In this document: one piece after another, positions 62,330 to 64,000 of the stretch
Layout of the letters: the number at the start of each line of letters is the position of its first letter
Numbering within the stretch: the first letter of the stretch is position 1
Assembly: GCA_002633005.1 (NCBI GenBank)
Contig: NMRA01000061.1
Coordinates: forward strand, 262,957-326,956
DNA: 64,000 nucleotides
DNA from: Phoronis australis
Lineage: Eukaryota; Animalia; Phoronida
Direction: 5' to 3'
Position numbers and translations under genes: made by a program
The notes under the pieces: generated by a model
Told to the model about the DNA's origin: nothing
The model's database searches: none
Seen by the model: the letters and a program-made list of their open reading frames with translations, nothing else

Positions 62330-64000
62330 CTGGAAACAAAAACTAATCTATGTACAAAGTATACATCACGGTGTAGCTGGTTAACATATCAAGACTCGAC
62401 AAATTTGGGATGGACAAAGTTGTCAACACTTCATGCAGCCGAGAAATAAACAAGAACAAGAACAAGAACAGCAACAATGCGAGATACCACTTGCCGCTCC
62501 CGATTCTGAGATAAACCCATAACACTGTGCACCAGCTGGGAACTCAAGAGTTTAACACTGCTAACATGATAATCACAATCTAAGTGATTACATGGCTAAT
62601 TTTTTTCACCAAGTACTTCATTATGACTCATAATTTTTTGTTTTTTGTTGTTGTTCCCAAGCTAGAGGTCCCATGTCTTATCCAATTGATGTGACCCACT
62701 GAAACAATGTGTGCCTCCTCAATGTCTCCAGGCGTAGTTTGTGATTGAAATTGGACCCAAGAATGTGATGTGGCAGCTGTTATTCCATTTTTCACTGTGT
62801 TTCAGGGGATCTTTCGGAAATTTGGTATGTGGACAGATATCGTCAAGGGCTATCTGAAATATGATATCCATTTTTGGTACAGCTTATAATATTGAAATAT
62901 TACATCAAATATTTTCACAACAGTTCTTTTATCAACTGATTCCTCACTGCGTCATCCTTATCATTCTTTTTCAGTCAATCTTTCATGTGTCGGTTTCTAA
63001 AGCACTTTCAGTTTTTGAATTCTTTATTTTTGAGTGAAGTTCTACTCTAGCACAAAGAAATGCAATTATATAAAAAAGCTGTGGCATGTGACATTTTGTT
63101 CTGCCCTTGTTCGTCTTAGTTTAAAAATGTTTAAAAGCATAACTGGTTGAAAACTGAAAAATAGGTCAACCCCACAATGTGTTTTTCTTGTTTCACAGAA
63201 GAGGAGAGTTAATGTGACTATATAAACAGATTCCAGAGTTGGGAATAATTTTCCAATCACCACATGAATGTTGAGACACACAATGAAAGTTTTGTCCATA
63301 AGATAAGTCTAACTTTTGAACTGACAAAGGTGATTGGTGTGCAATTCTCAGGACTATGAGATAATTTAAGGCAGTTAGATGAGGACCCTTAGGTGCTTAT
63401 TTATCAAAAGGTTGCCCTATTTGTGAATGGACCTTTTGTGTACTTAATCGGAACTCATTCACCATCAAGGTCATTTGACCTTAGATAATAGGTCAATGAG
63501 TGGCCATAAAGATAATAGGTTATTACATAATTAGGTGTGATTCTTACAAGATGGTGAACCAATCAAAGAGATGATCTGGTGATCCGCAAACAGTGTGATA
63601 TTGACAATATGGCAGAGAATACCAAAACAACCACAAGTATAGCTACATACTCTTTCTGTCTCAATTTAGTAATTACTTCGTAGATCAAGTTAGGCTGCAA
63701 ACAAGAACTTACAGACATTCTTTAAACACGGTGACGAGTTTTTCAAAATAGACAGAATTTAAAAAAGAATTAAGTTTAATTTTTTAATGCTTAGTGGTGC
63801 ACCACAACATGGTCGTTAAATTTGAATGACATCGAAGTTCATTTCATATAAACATATTTGATATAATACCACAGCAAGTTATAACTTGAGGAAACCGTTA
63901 CAGTTTACAAAATGTACCTCAGTCTGCTTATAAGATATCTTTCAACTGATGAAACTCAGGAACTTTATTATATTTTACTTTAGTTTTGCCATCACAAATG

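Noticed and set aside
62330-64000. Further upstream FERM exons
   Set aside because: No FERM-like peptide found by eye; presumed to lie beyond the window

Overview
Eukaryotic (invertebrate metazoan-like, AT-rich, intron-containing) genomic DNA. There are no operons, rRNA genes or CRISPR arrays. The right quarter (50.2-62.3 kb, minus strand) holds the last 12 coding exons of a FERM + PTP phosphatase of the PTPN14/PTPN21/Pez family; the exon phases join correctly and the 5' exons lie outside the window. The first ~47 kb is rich in transposons. The best-preserved is a young, internally deleted Kolobok-type DNA transposon (16666-18359). It has TTAA target duplications, ~160-bp TIRs, a THAP-transposase 5' half on + and a convergent KolX/P2X7-ballast-like Cys-rich gene on -, and the two reading frames now overlap in antisense. 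Also present: several other TTAA/AG-ended Kolobok-like relics, a Gypsy LTR element with identical 145-bp LTRs that shows only integrase, a LOA/R1-type LINE interrupted by an RTE LINE, a Penelope GIY-YIG fragment followed by an intact minimal hammerhead ribozyme, IS3EU relics, several MITEs/foldbacks and microsatellites. All family assignments come from motif recognition by eye, not database searches.
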